This document shows, one piece after another, positions 18,593 to 28,700 of a stretch of 57,961 nt of DNA. Made by a program: the position numbers and the translations under genes. Where the stretch lies: positions 1 to 57,961 of IMG/VR virus record IMGVR_UViG_3300031463_000009; one strand, written 5' to 3'. Numbering within the stretch: the stretch's first letter is position 1; every line of letters begins with the position of its first letter. This DNA comes from a virus. Taxonomy: Duplodnaviria > Caudoviricetes. The notes beneath the pieces were generated by a model that was given only the letters and a program-made list of their open reading frames with translations, was not told the origin of the DNA and ran no database searches.

Positions 18593-19465
18593 TTGGAGGT
18601 GGTATTTTTGGAAATACCAGTGCTTAGTACAACTCAGGTCCAGGACTATTTGAAATGTGGAAGGTTTTACTATTATAAGTATCTTTGTCCTGAAGTTCCT
18701 GATCCGCCAAAAAACTATTATTTGCTTCGTGGGACAGCTGTGCATGCGGCTCTTGAGCATAACTATAGATTTAAGGTGTATCATCGCCAGGACATGCGTC
18801 TGTCACAAGTTCTTGAGATATACGAAAAAGAGCTATCTTTTGAAAAAGACTCTGTCGACTGGTTGGATTCTTCCTACGGAGAAATGCTCGATTTAGGAAC
18901 ATCTGTTCTTGGTGAGTATTTTGACAAAATAGCCCCATATACTTTTCCATACCCTACAGATTGGAGCGTAGAGTATCCGTTCCTTATGCCATTTCCATTT
19001 ACTCAGAACAAGATAAACTTTAGTGGGGTAATAGACCTATTAACAAACGAATTAGTTCTCATAGACCACAAGACTAAAGAAAAAAGTCCAAGCAAAGGAG
19101 AGTTTTCAAGAAGTCTGCAGATGCAAGGATACAGCTATGCAGTAATGAGACAGATAAAAGAAAACATATTAGGTCCTATCCCAAAACCTCTTCTTGAATC
19201 ATTCAGGAAAAAACGGAAATTTTCTGCTAGAGTAGATTGTCTGGTTTTTGGTAAAAATCCTAAGGTTGTGTCAGAGAATGTAAAGTTCGGTGTAGAGGAT
19301 TTTGAATCTTTTCTTCAGACTACGTATGAGGTATGGAAAAGTATAATATCTGGTAGTTTCCCACCAAACAGAATGGCGTTCTATGGTCACTGTGACAAGT
19401 ATTGTTCTTATTACAAGTACTGCAGTAAAAACGAGTACGTAACACCCAGACCGAAAGGAGAGTGA
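18593..19465 (+). CDS. PD-(D/E)XK nuclease (AddB/Cas4-like exonuclease)
   Basis: 'YLKCGRFYY', 'GTAVHAALE', 'SGVIDL...IDHKT', 'QMQGY', C-terminal C-x3-C-x5-C. True start may be TTG at 18608. Confidence 0.85.
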   Translation: MEVVFLEIPVLSTTQVQDYLKCGRFYYYKYLCPEVPDPPKNYYLLRGTAVHAALEHNYRFKVYHRQDMRLSQVLEIYEKELSFEKDSVDWLDSSYGEMLDLGTSVLGEYFDKIAPYTFPYPTDWSVEYPFLMPFPFTQNKINFSGVIDLLTNELVLIDHKTKEKSPSKGEFSRSLQMQGYSYAVMRQIKENILGPIPKPLLESFRKKRKFSARVDCLVFGKNPKVVSENVKFGVEDFESFLQTTYEVWKSIISGSFPPNRMAFYGHCDKYCSYYKYCSKNEYVTPRPKGE

Positions 19466-19471
19466 TTTTCA

Positions 19472-19960
19472 ATGACTGTGGATATTAAGGCGTTTTACAA
19501 CGCTCAGGCAGAAATTTTCAAAGAATTTGGTGTTATGGGTCTTCGTGTAGAAGAGCCGGTTCCAGAAAATGAATCAGAGCCGGTATTTCCTAAGGATGTT
19601 GGAGAGCTAAATCTTAGAGAGCTATCTTCTTTGATGAGCAAATTCACTATGTGGGCTAACTATATAAACTCTAAACTTTCTTTATTCACAGCCCGTAAGC
19701 ATGAGCAAGAACGTAAGATAAGACTTTTTAAAAAGGCGTTTGAGAGAAAGTATGAAGGGACGAAAACAGAGTTTGATACTACTTTGATGACAGACCCAGA
19801 GTTCATAGAACTAGATCAAACGCTACTTTTTCTTGAAAATTCTTGCACCCTTTTGGAAGCAAAACAGGATATTTATCTTCGCTATTTGAAAGCTCTATCC
19901 AGAGAGATAACTTTGAGAGGAATAAACTTGGAAGGAGAAAAATATGGAGGGAGAATTTGA
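19472..19960 (+). CDS. Coiled-coil protein, possibly a UvsY-like recombination mediator
   Basis: All-helical, ends 'LSREITLR'; lies among recombination genes. Confidence 0.45.
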   Translation: MTVDIKAFYNAQAEIFKEFGVMGLRVEEPVPENESEPVFPKDVGELNLRELSSLMSKFTMWANYINSKLSLFTARKHEQERKIRLFKKAFERKYEGTKTEFDTTLMTDPEFIELDQTLLFLENSCTLLEAKQDIYLRYLKALSREITLRGINLEGEKYGGRI

Positions 19961-20411
19961 TAATACTGAAAAAACAAAGGGGAATCAGAATGTTTCTACT
20001 CTTAAGATGTGGCTTCCAATGTGGCCTCCAACTTCAAATGAGATGTATATCACCATTTGGGACCAGAAAAGAAGAGTTTTGTCCCCAAAAGCCAGAAAAT
20101 TTGTTATTGACGCAACTTCCTACCTGACTCAAAACTATTTCAAAGAGATTTCTGAGTTCCCTAATGAAGAAAATATGACATATCTACTAAATCTTGTATT
20201 TGTAGGTCCATGGCTTACAAAGACAGAGAAGGCGAAAAGCAAATTCCGCAGACACGACATATCAAATTGTATTAAGCTGGTAGAAGATGTTGTTAAAAAT
20301 ATCTTAGGAATTGATGATATGGCTAATTTTAGGTTGGTTATAGATAAACAACATTCCTTTGATGTAACAGGCATGTGGATTATATATTCCCAATTGGAGA
20401 AACTAGGATGA
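19944..20411 (+). CDS. rusA: RusA-like Holliday junction resolvase
   Basis: 'PPTSNEMY', 'HDISNCIKLVED....GIDD'. Confidence 0.8.
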   Translation: MEGEFDNTEKTKGNQNVSTLKMWLPMWPPTSNEMYITIWDQKRRVLSPKARKFVIDATSYLTQNYFKEISEFPNEENMTYLLNLVFVGPWLTKTEKAKSKFRRHDISNCIKLVEDVVKNILGIDDMANFRLVIDKQHSFDVTGMWIIYSQLEKLG

Positions 20412-21079
20412 ATTTGGATGATGTTAGAAGGGTTATGAAATCATATGTTGATGCCGATAGGAGTATTTTATTACTTACATCTAATTGCACATTAGATTGT
20501 ATGAACTGCTCTGACGCCGTTCTTGTAAACTGCTGGATAACCAATGTTGTCCGTATAGCCAACACCCAACCGGACAAAATAATCCCCTTGGTTGGGTCAA
20601 TGTCTAGTAAATTTCTCAAATTTTTATGTAATAAATTACAGTGTGGGTCGGCAAACGAGATTATTGCCAAATTAGGTTCTATAAAGATAGAACCAGCCTT
20701 TGATTTTAAAAAGCCTATTGTTCGAGTATCTCACGATTTGGTCCTTCCTTCCGCAGTATGGGATTCCCCCCGTTTTGTATGCCTGTCACATATCGCAAAG
20801 TTGATTTTACTTGAGATTTACTATAGAATTACTGATGTGCCAACTATTTGTAATAGACATGGGATTTCAATCCCAGTTCTTCATGAGGTTCTTGATACAC
20901 TAAAGAATTACTTAATAATTAGTTCATGGTCTATAAAAGATGGGGTATTAAACTGTGTAATAAATGATAACTGGGTAAAAGGGGATATTGGTTTAAGTAA
21001 TGATAACCAAAGAAAGGAGAAAGAGGATGAAACCAGAACCAGAAGAAAAATTCAAACAGATGGCGGAAGCCCACAATAA
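20408..21079 (+). CDS. Hypothetical protein with C-terminal winged-HTH-like region
   Basis: ATG at 20408 with GGAG RBS; 'AKLILLEIY...ICNRHGIS..VLHEVLDTL...LII'; N-terminal Cys cluster. Confidence 0.5.
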   Translation: MNLDDVRRVMKSYVDADRSILLLTSNCTLDCMNCSDAVLVNCWITNVVRIANTQPDKIIPLVGSMSSKFLKFLCNKLQCGSANEIIAKLGSIKIEPAFDFKKPIVRVSHDLVLPSAVWDSPRFVCLSHIAKLILLEIYYRITDVPTICNRHGISIPVLHEVLDTLKNYLIISSWSIKDGVLNCVINDNWVKGDIGLSNDNQRKEKEDETRTRRKIQTDGGSPQ

Positions 21080-21428
21080 ATTAGTGGGAAAAATAATAGG
21101 GCTTGAGCCGATAACAGCCTTGGAAATTGCCGAGGCCGATCCAACATCAGTGTGCTTCATGGGTTATAAAGCGTTCAATAAGATGTTGGAGGATGAACAT
21201 GTTGAAGACTTTCCTGAACATCTGAAAAAGCTAGCTAGAGAGGATTATCGTTTGGACAATGAATCTAGGGATTTGGACTACAAACTTTCAAAGCTAGGCA
21301 AAAGAGCCACTCCTGAAGAAAAGGAAAAAATAAAACTTAGAAAACGCCAAATCAGGGAGCGTCGAGAAGAGATTAGGCGTTTACTGTATGATGAAAATGG
21401 TAATTTCAGAAAAAAAGAGGGAGAGTAA
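21027..21428 (+). CDS. Hypothetical coiled-coil protein
   Basis: AAAGGAG RBS before ATG 21027. Confidence 0.7.
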   Translation: MKPEPEEKFKQMAEAHNKLVGKIIGLEPITALEIAEADPTSVCFMGYKAFNKMLEDEHVEDFPEHLKKLAREDYRLDNESRDLDYKLSKLGKRATPEEKEKIKLRKRQIRERREEIRRLLYDENGNFRKKEGE

Positions 21429-21430
21429 GC

Positions 21431-21760
21431 ATGAAGGCCAAAGAGAAAAAAGAGTATGTTGAAGCTCTGCAGATATGCTTAGAGCAGCAAAGTTATGGCG
21501 ATCCTAATGTGTGTCATCTATGTAAGTCATTTGGGTGTAGGAAATGTCCTTGTTATAAGTATGCAAAAGCTAGGGGGATCCGTCATATCAAAGGTAATCC
21601 ACCATTTAGTCATGATCAAATTCCATGCTGTGCTATATGGGAAGATTACTTGCGTAAAGAAGAACTACCAGATGATTTCGAAATGGAAGATCATCCTTTA
21701 GATTGTAAGGTGGTATTGCGGAAGATTCTGTGGTGGGTAAAAAGACAGCCTGTAAAATAA
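21431..21760 (+). CDS. Cys-rich hypothetical protein
   Basis: CHLC, CRKCPC, CC; RBS present. Confidence 0.7.
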   Translation: MKAKEKKEYVEALQICLEQQSYGDPNVCHLCKSFGCRKCPCYKYAKARGIRHIKGNPPFSHDQIPCCAIWEDYLRKEELPDDFEMEDHPLDCKVVLRKILWWVKRQPVK

Positions 21761-21779
21761 TTTAGAAAGGAGAATAAAT

Positions 21780-22640
21780 ATGGGTGAAAGAAAAAACATG
21801 GGGGTCGCCCAAAAATGGGCACTGGTAGAGCAGATAAAACAGAAATGCCCAGTCCTGCAAGACATTGTCGGGGCTAAGTACGGTAAGGCGGCTAGAAAGA
21901 GTTTCTTTGTAGCTGCTAAAATAGACGTACTTGAGAAAATTATGGAATTAATCAATCAAGGTCGCAGCCCAGAAGAAATTGTAGATTCTGTGGCTGATGG
22001 CATAGTTGTATCATCACCACAGGAAGGCGGACCAGGTCGCGATCCCAAACAAGTCAAGGAGAGACACTTTGAGAGCGTGCCTGACAAGCAGGTTATAGCC
22101 GATCCATTCAGTCCTACAGGTGAGTCTGTTATAACAGTAGGAAAGCCTACCGTAACAGAGGCTAAGAAACCAGATAAAAAGGAAGCTGCAAAGCCTCAGC
22201 CAGAATCAACTGATTTGTTTGACTCCATATGCAAAGAACTAGGGATTAGCAGAGGATTGCCGATAGCAACTAGAATAGCGCAGCTGAAGTATTTGGCCAC
22301 AGCCGGTAAGCTTGCTATATCAGCGTCGGACAAAATTTCAGTCGAAGGCGCTATCCAGGACATAGATAATATTGTCCGAAAAATGATGGTTACGATCATG
22401 GATGATCATGACAAGATAGTTCGTCTCCTAGAGAGGCTTGAGACCATTATCTCAGGTAGGAAACCTGACACTGACAATCCATCTGAAGATTCAACAGAGC
22501 GGAGAAATCTACTTATCAGAAAGCTGGTATCTTTTGGTTACAAAGAAGAAGATATTGCAAATAGTTCTGAAGACGATCTTGAAAAACTTCTGTTGACTGC
22601 CCTAGGTGTTCCTTTGGAACACGATATATTTGATTCTTGA
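21780..22640 (+). CDS. Hypothetical protein
   Basis: 286-aa ORF, AAAGGAG RBS, last gene before terminator. Confidence 0.8.
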   Translation: MGERKNMGVAQKWALVEQIKQKCPVLQDIVGAKYGKAARKSFFVAAKIDVLEKIMELINQGRSPEEIVDSVADGIVVSSPQEGGPGRDPKQVKERHFESVPDKQVIADPFSPTGESVITVGKPTVTEAKKPDKKEAAKPQPESTDLFDSICKELGISRGLPIATRIAQLKYLATAGKLAISASDKISVEGAIQDIDNIVRKMMVTIMDDHDKIVRLLERLETIISGRKPDTDNPSEDSTERRNLLIRKLVSFGYKEEDIANSSEDDLEKLLLTALGVPLEHDIFDS

Positions 22641-22659
22641 TAATTGCCACCTCCTTGAT

Positions 22660-22726
22660 AAGTCTCCCCGGTCTTGGACTAATTAGACTTTAGTCTGAGC
22701 CGGGGAGACTAATTATTTTTTTAGTC
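22660..22726 (+). terminator. Intrinsic terminator ending replication operon
   Basis: AGTCTCCCCGG...CCGGGGAGACT long stem, then TTTTTTTAGTC. Confidence 0.8.
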
Positions 22727-22774
22727 CTATCGTTAGTGGCGTCTTTTAGTAATTTAGAGTAAAATTTTATAGAG

Positions 22775-25700
22775 ATGATTGACCCTATTGAGCATAGCCG
22801 AGACATTGCCAAATCGGTTGCAGATGCGTTTATGCAAGTATTCCCTATAGAAGGGAGTAAGCATATTCTGCGACTAAACGGTGTTGATGTTGAGCCTAAT
22901 GAGTATATGTCAGACTACCCAGCCCAACTTAAGGCTAAGTTAAGCCATAGAAGTCTGTTTCAGAGGGTGGTGGGGGATTTTTCTCTCATAGATAAAGCCA
23001 CAGGAAAGGTATTGGATCGGAAGAAAATGACTTTGGCACATCTTCCTGCATTGACAGACAGATACTCATATATTGTAGGTGGCACTGAATATACTGTTCC
23101 TATACAGCTTAGGTTGAAACCTGGGGTTTATACAGAGCGTAAAGAGGATGGAACCATTCAAGCCAAACTTAATTTGGTTAACCTAAGAGGTAAAAGTGCC
23201 GCAGTTGTTTTTGACCCTGCTACGAGGATATTTAGTTTCAACTACGGGTCTTCAGAACTTCCGCTATTCCCGATATTAGAGCATCTTGGAGTTTCTGGTC
23301 AAGAATTAAAATCATTAGTTGGAGAAGATGTTTATAACGCAAACATAAAAGACAGAGAAAAAGCGGTTGCTCGTTTTGCTAGGGCGCTAGGAGTAAGCCC
23401 TGAGGATATTAGTAAAGTATTCAACGAGACCGTGCTTGATCCAAATGTTTCTAAATTGACGCTTGGACGATCTTTCTCTAAGGTAGATGGAAATGTGTTA
23501 TTGCTTGCCACAAAAAAAGTTATTGGTGTTTCTAAAGGGATGGCTAAGGAAGATGATAAAAATTCTCTTGCATTCAAAACCCCGATAGATACAGCCGATT
23601 TTTTGAAAGAAAGGATACTAAAATCAAAACAGGTTTTACATAACAGAACTCTAGCAAGGCTCGACAGGCTAAATGATATATCTAAGATTGTTATATCTGA
23701 ACATTTTTCTCATCCTATTCTTACTTTTTTTACCTCCAGCCAAGTTGTTGGACTTCCTTCTCAGGTAAATCCTGTAGATATTGCTTCGTCTGGTTCTAAG
23801 GTTACAGTTCTGGGAGAAGGTGGTATCTCATCTCTCGATCAGATTGTAGAGAAACAACAACAATTGGACCCATCTACTTTTGGTTTTTTAGACCCCATAA
23901 TGACTCCAGACAATTCAAAAGCCGGGCTTGTTGTTCATATGGCTGTTGGAGCCAAAAAGAAAGGAGACTCTTTAGTCTCCAAAGTGTGGGATATTAAAAA
24001 TAAGCAATACACTTATATAACACCTGAGAAAGCTTTTGAGTCTTTCGTGGTTCTTCCAGATCAGGTGAAAATCGTGGATGGCAAGATTAGTTTTGTTTCT
24101 CCAAGAGTAAAAGCAATTCATAAGCATGAAATAGTAGATATACCAGCCAGCAAGGTAGATTATGTGTTTGATGTACCAGAGGCACTTTTCGACATAGCTT
24201 CTTTGGGTATACCTTTTTTAGCTCATGATTCTGGCAATAGAGCTCTTCTTGCTACTAAACATATTGAGCAGAGTTTGCCTCTTGTCGATGCTGATCATCC
24301 ATTAGTTGATGTTGAAGTGGCGAAAGGGCATGGTTGGTCTGACGTTGGAAGAGCCGCGTTCCCGATGGTTGAATCACCTATTGACGGCGTTGTGTCCAAA
24401 GTAACCAAAGACCAAATAGTAATAAAATCTGGAAAGAACGTGGCTAAAGTTCCTCTTCTTAATTATTTCCCTCTTGAAGACGGTGGTTATGCCCATTCTA
24501 CCCCAGTAGTCAAACCAGGCGACAAGGTTAAAAAGGGAGATATTGTTAGCGAAACAAATTTTACAGATAAACAAGGAAAACTCAAGATAGGTAAGAATCT
24601 TTTAGTTGCTTATGTTCCATATAAAGGATTAAATTTTGAAGACGGAATAGTAGTATCTGAAAGTGCAGCTAAAAAGCTAACATCACGCCATTTGTATAGA
24701 GAGAATGTTTATACTTCAAAAGGAATAGCTGTATCCAAAAATAAGCTACTCGCTTTGTATCCTGGGATTTTTAATACTAATCAGTTGAATAAGTTGGATT
24801 CTGATGGAGTAATTAAGGAAGGTGAATATATTGATGAAGGGGATCCTTTAATAGCTGTACTCCAGCATGACATACAACCAAAACCTGAAGAACTTCTCTT
24901 AGCAAGGTTCTCAAAGAAATTGTACCAACCTTGGAAAAATAAGACTGTTACTTGGACTAATCCATTTAGGGGTAGAGTTGTAAGAGTTGTAAAAGGCAAA
25001 AATATAGATGTCTACATAGAAACAGAGGAACCTGCTCAGGTCGGGGACAAGCTGAGTACTAGAGCCGCTCCTAAGGGAATAATAACCTACATAGTCCCAG
25101 ATGCAGAGATGCCAAAAACAGAATCAGGAAAGACCGTAGATGTAATTGTGAACCCGTTGGGGATACCTTCAAGACTCAATTTTGGTCAAGTATTAGAGGC
25201 AGCTGCTGGAAAGATAGCAGAAAAGACAGGAAAACCTAAGATGGTTGCTCAATTTAAGAAGGGCGACCTTGAAGAACTAGAGAAGGAACTTAAAGAGCAT
25301 GGAATTTCGGACAAAGAATATCTAATAGACCCAACGACAGGGGTCAAAACAGAGCATCCTGTTTTGGTAGGTCCTGAATATATTTTGAAACTTAAACACA
25401 CTGCCTTGACGAAAGCCACCGCTCGTGGAGGTGGGGTAGGAGAAAAGTATTCTTATGATTCCATTCCTTTAGGTGGAGAAGGAGCCCAATCTTTAGGTCA
25501 CCTTGGTCTTTATGCGATGCTTGCTCATGGGGCATTGAAGAACCTGTATGAAATGCAGACATATAAAAGTTCGGCGAATCCTGAGTTTTGGTTCGCTTTG
25601 CAATCTGGAGCCCCTCTTCCTCCTCCATCTGTGCCGGTCCCCTATAAAAAATTTGTCGACTATTTGCGCACGCTCGGAGTAGATGTAAAGAAAACAGGAA

Positions 25701-28700
25701 ATGTGCTGCAGCTATACCCACTGTATGACGAAGATATTCTCAAGCTTAGTTCAGGTGAAATAGATCCAACCAAAATAATTAGAGGTAAAGATTTAAGAGA
25801 AGAACCTGGCGGTTTGTTTGATCCTGTTAAAACAGGTGGTATTACAGGGACTAAATATTCTCATATTACACTTAATGCATCGTTTCCTAATCCTATTTAC
25901 AAGGATGCTTTTGCCATTCTGTTTGGTATGACAAGGACTCAATATGATGAGCTAATACAGGGTAAGTTAGGTGTTACTGACGATGGCAAATTATCACCAG
26001 ATGGAAAATACCGACTTGATAAAGCCTTTAAGAAGTTGCTATCCACGCTTGATGTGAAAAAGGAACTGGCAGAATCAGAGGAAAGAATAAAGAACACATC
26101 AGGCATTGAGCGGGCAAAACTGGCCAGAAAAATTAGAATACTTCGTCATCTTGCTGAGTTGAAAAGAAACCCCGAAGATGTTTACATGACTAAGCATGTG
26201 TTGGTTATCCCTCCTTATTTTAGGCCTATAACTGAGACTAAGGATGGAAATATTTCTGTCAATGACCTGAATGGGCTGTATAGAAACATCGGTATTCTAA
26301 ATCAACAGCTTAAACAAGCAAAGGAGCTAACAGATAAAGAACAAGCAGACGCTTATGCGTCAGTTTATTCAGCCCTTGAGGCGTTACAGATGAATGGGCT
26401 TTCAGTTGGGTCTAAGCAATACAGGTCCGTTCTCGATATTATAGCTGGGCCACAACCTAAATTAGGATATTTCCAACAGTCACTTTTGAAGCGGAGGCAG
26501 GATCTAAGTGCAAGGGCTGTCATTGTTGTTCCTAAAGAAAGTATGCCTCTTGATGAAGTAGGACTTCCTGAGAAAATGGCTTGGACAATTTTTGGTCCTT
26601 TGGTTATAAGAAGATTGACCAGAGCCGGTTATACCACCCTACAGGCTACTGAGATGGTAAAAAACAAAGTTCCGGCCGCAAGGACAGCCCTAGAAAGAGA
26701 AATGAAAGAGCGACCTGTATTACTAAAGAGAGACCCGGTATTGCATCGTTATAATGTGATGGCTTTTTACCCCAAGCTTGTTTCTGGAGAAGCTATACAC
26801 ATCCACCCATTGACCTTACAGGGTTTCGGCGGAGACCTTGATGGAGATGCATTTTCTGTGTTTACCCCTGTAACAGAAAATGCTGTAAAAGAGCTACAGA
26901 ACTTATTACCATCTAACAACCTGTTTTCTACTACTTCAGGAAAGGCTTTGTACGCCCCAAGACACGAAGGGTTGATGGGGCTATATCTTTTATCCCGCGT
27001 GGAGAAAAAATCGGATAAGAAATTCGACTCGGTACAAGATTTGATGGCTGCTGTAAATGAGAAAAAAGTTTCCCTTAATGAGGAAGTAACTGTCGCAGGG
27101 AAAAGGACTACTGCCGGAAGAATACTTATTCAAGAGGCACTGCCAAAAGGCTATGAAGTAGATGTTTTAACAGGTAAAAATCTTGCCAAACTACTTTCGG
27201 ACATTGGGCATAAACATCCTAATGATTATCCATCGGTAGTTGAAAAGCTAAGAGTTCTTGGTAATGACTATGCGTTTAGATACGGCGTCAGCATGGGTAT
27301 AGAAGATGTAAAAGTGCCTAAATCCTTACAGGAATATACTAAACGGGTCTGGGACAAAGCTGAGCGTATGGCAGCCAATACTAGAGATCAGGACAAGAAA
27401 ACTAAGATTTTATTAGCTGCGAAAGAGTCCATAGAGAAAAAAGCATTGGAAACTCTTCCAAAAGATTCATTCCTTTACAAAATGGTTGAATCTGGAGCAA
27501 GAGGTAACCCTGGGCAACTTTTGCAAATGACTGTCGGACCTGGTTTGGTAGAACAACACGGGAAATTGATTACTGTTCCTATAAAATCTGGTTATGGCGC
27601 TGGGATGGATGTGACCGATTATTTTACATCGATGCTTGGGGCAAGATCCGGTCTGGTTTCTGGAAAAGCTCGTGAAATTAGAGACCCGGGCTGGCTATCA
27701 AAACAAATGTTGGCGTCGGTATTAGACGTTAGAGTGACCTCCGACGACTGTGGGGTTAAAAAGGGCACTTATATGAGTGTTGATGACGACCAAATTCTAG
27801 GAAGGTATTTGCCTAACGATGTGACCATAAATGGTAAAGTATATCGTAGGAATACATTAGTTACTCCGGAACTTTTGTCCGAAGCGAAGAAGGCTAAGAT
27901 CAAAGAATTAGAGGTTAGATCCCCTTTGAATTGTCAGGCTCCTCATGGAGTTTGTAAGAAATGTATGGGATTAAACCCAAGTGGAAAAGAACATAGGCTA
28001 GGCGAATTTGTTGGGGTATCTGCTGCCCATGCCATAGGTGAACCGAGTTCACAGCTTGCTCTTTCTGGGTGGCATACCGGAGGCGCTGTAGGTGCGCAAA
28101 TATCTCCTTTTAATAGACTACGTCAACTTTTGGCATTCCCAGAGAATTTGTCAGGAGAATCAGTATTAGCCCAGACTTTTGGAAAAGTTGAAGCCATACA
28201 CAAAAAGCCTTTAGGGACAGAGGTAGTAATAAATAATGTTACTCATTGGGTTCCTTCTGACAAGAAAGTAACAGTCTCTGTAGGCGACAAGGTTACTAAG
28301 GGTCAGCCAATTTCTACAGGACTATTTAATCCGAGAAAACATATGGAGCTCGTCGGGGTTGAAGGAACTAGAAATAAGTTGGTTGATGAAATATACAATT
28401 TACTTCGGACACAAACTCCTATTAGAAGAACTAATGTTGAACTTATAGTAAAAGCCTTGACTAATGTAGCAGAAGTAGACGATAGAGGTGGTCACCCACA
28501 TTGGTTAGAAGGAGACCTTGTGCCATTGAATCATGCTAATTGGTTCAACAAATCTGGTAGATTTGCAGAGATTTCTAAAGGAAATGCTGTCGGTGGGAAA
28601 CTATTGGAAAACTACAAAGGATTCAAGAAAGGCACAATTGTGGACAGGAGTATGCTGCCTCATCTTCCTGACCAGGTTAAAGTAGAGTTGCCTCCAGTCA

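Noticed and set aside
18593-19465. Cas4 as a sign of a CRISPR system
   Set aside because: Solo PD-(D/E)XK nucleases are common in phage recombination modules; no array or other cas genes.
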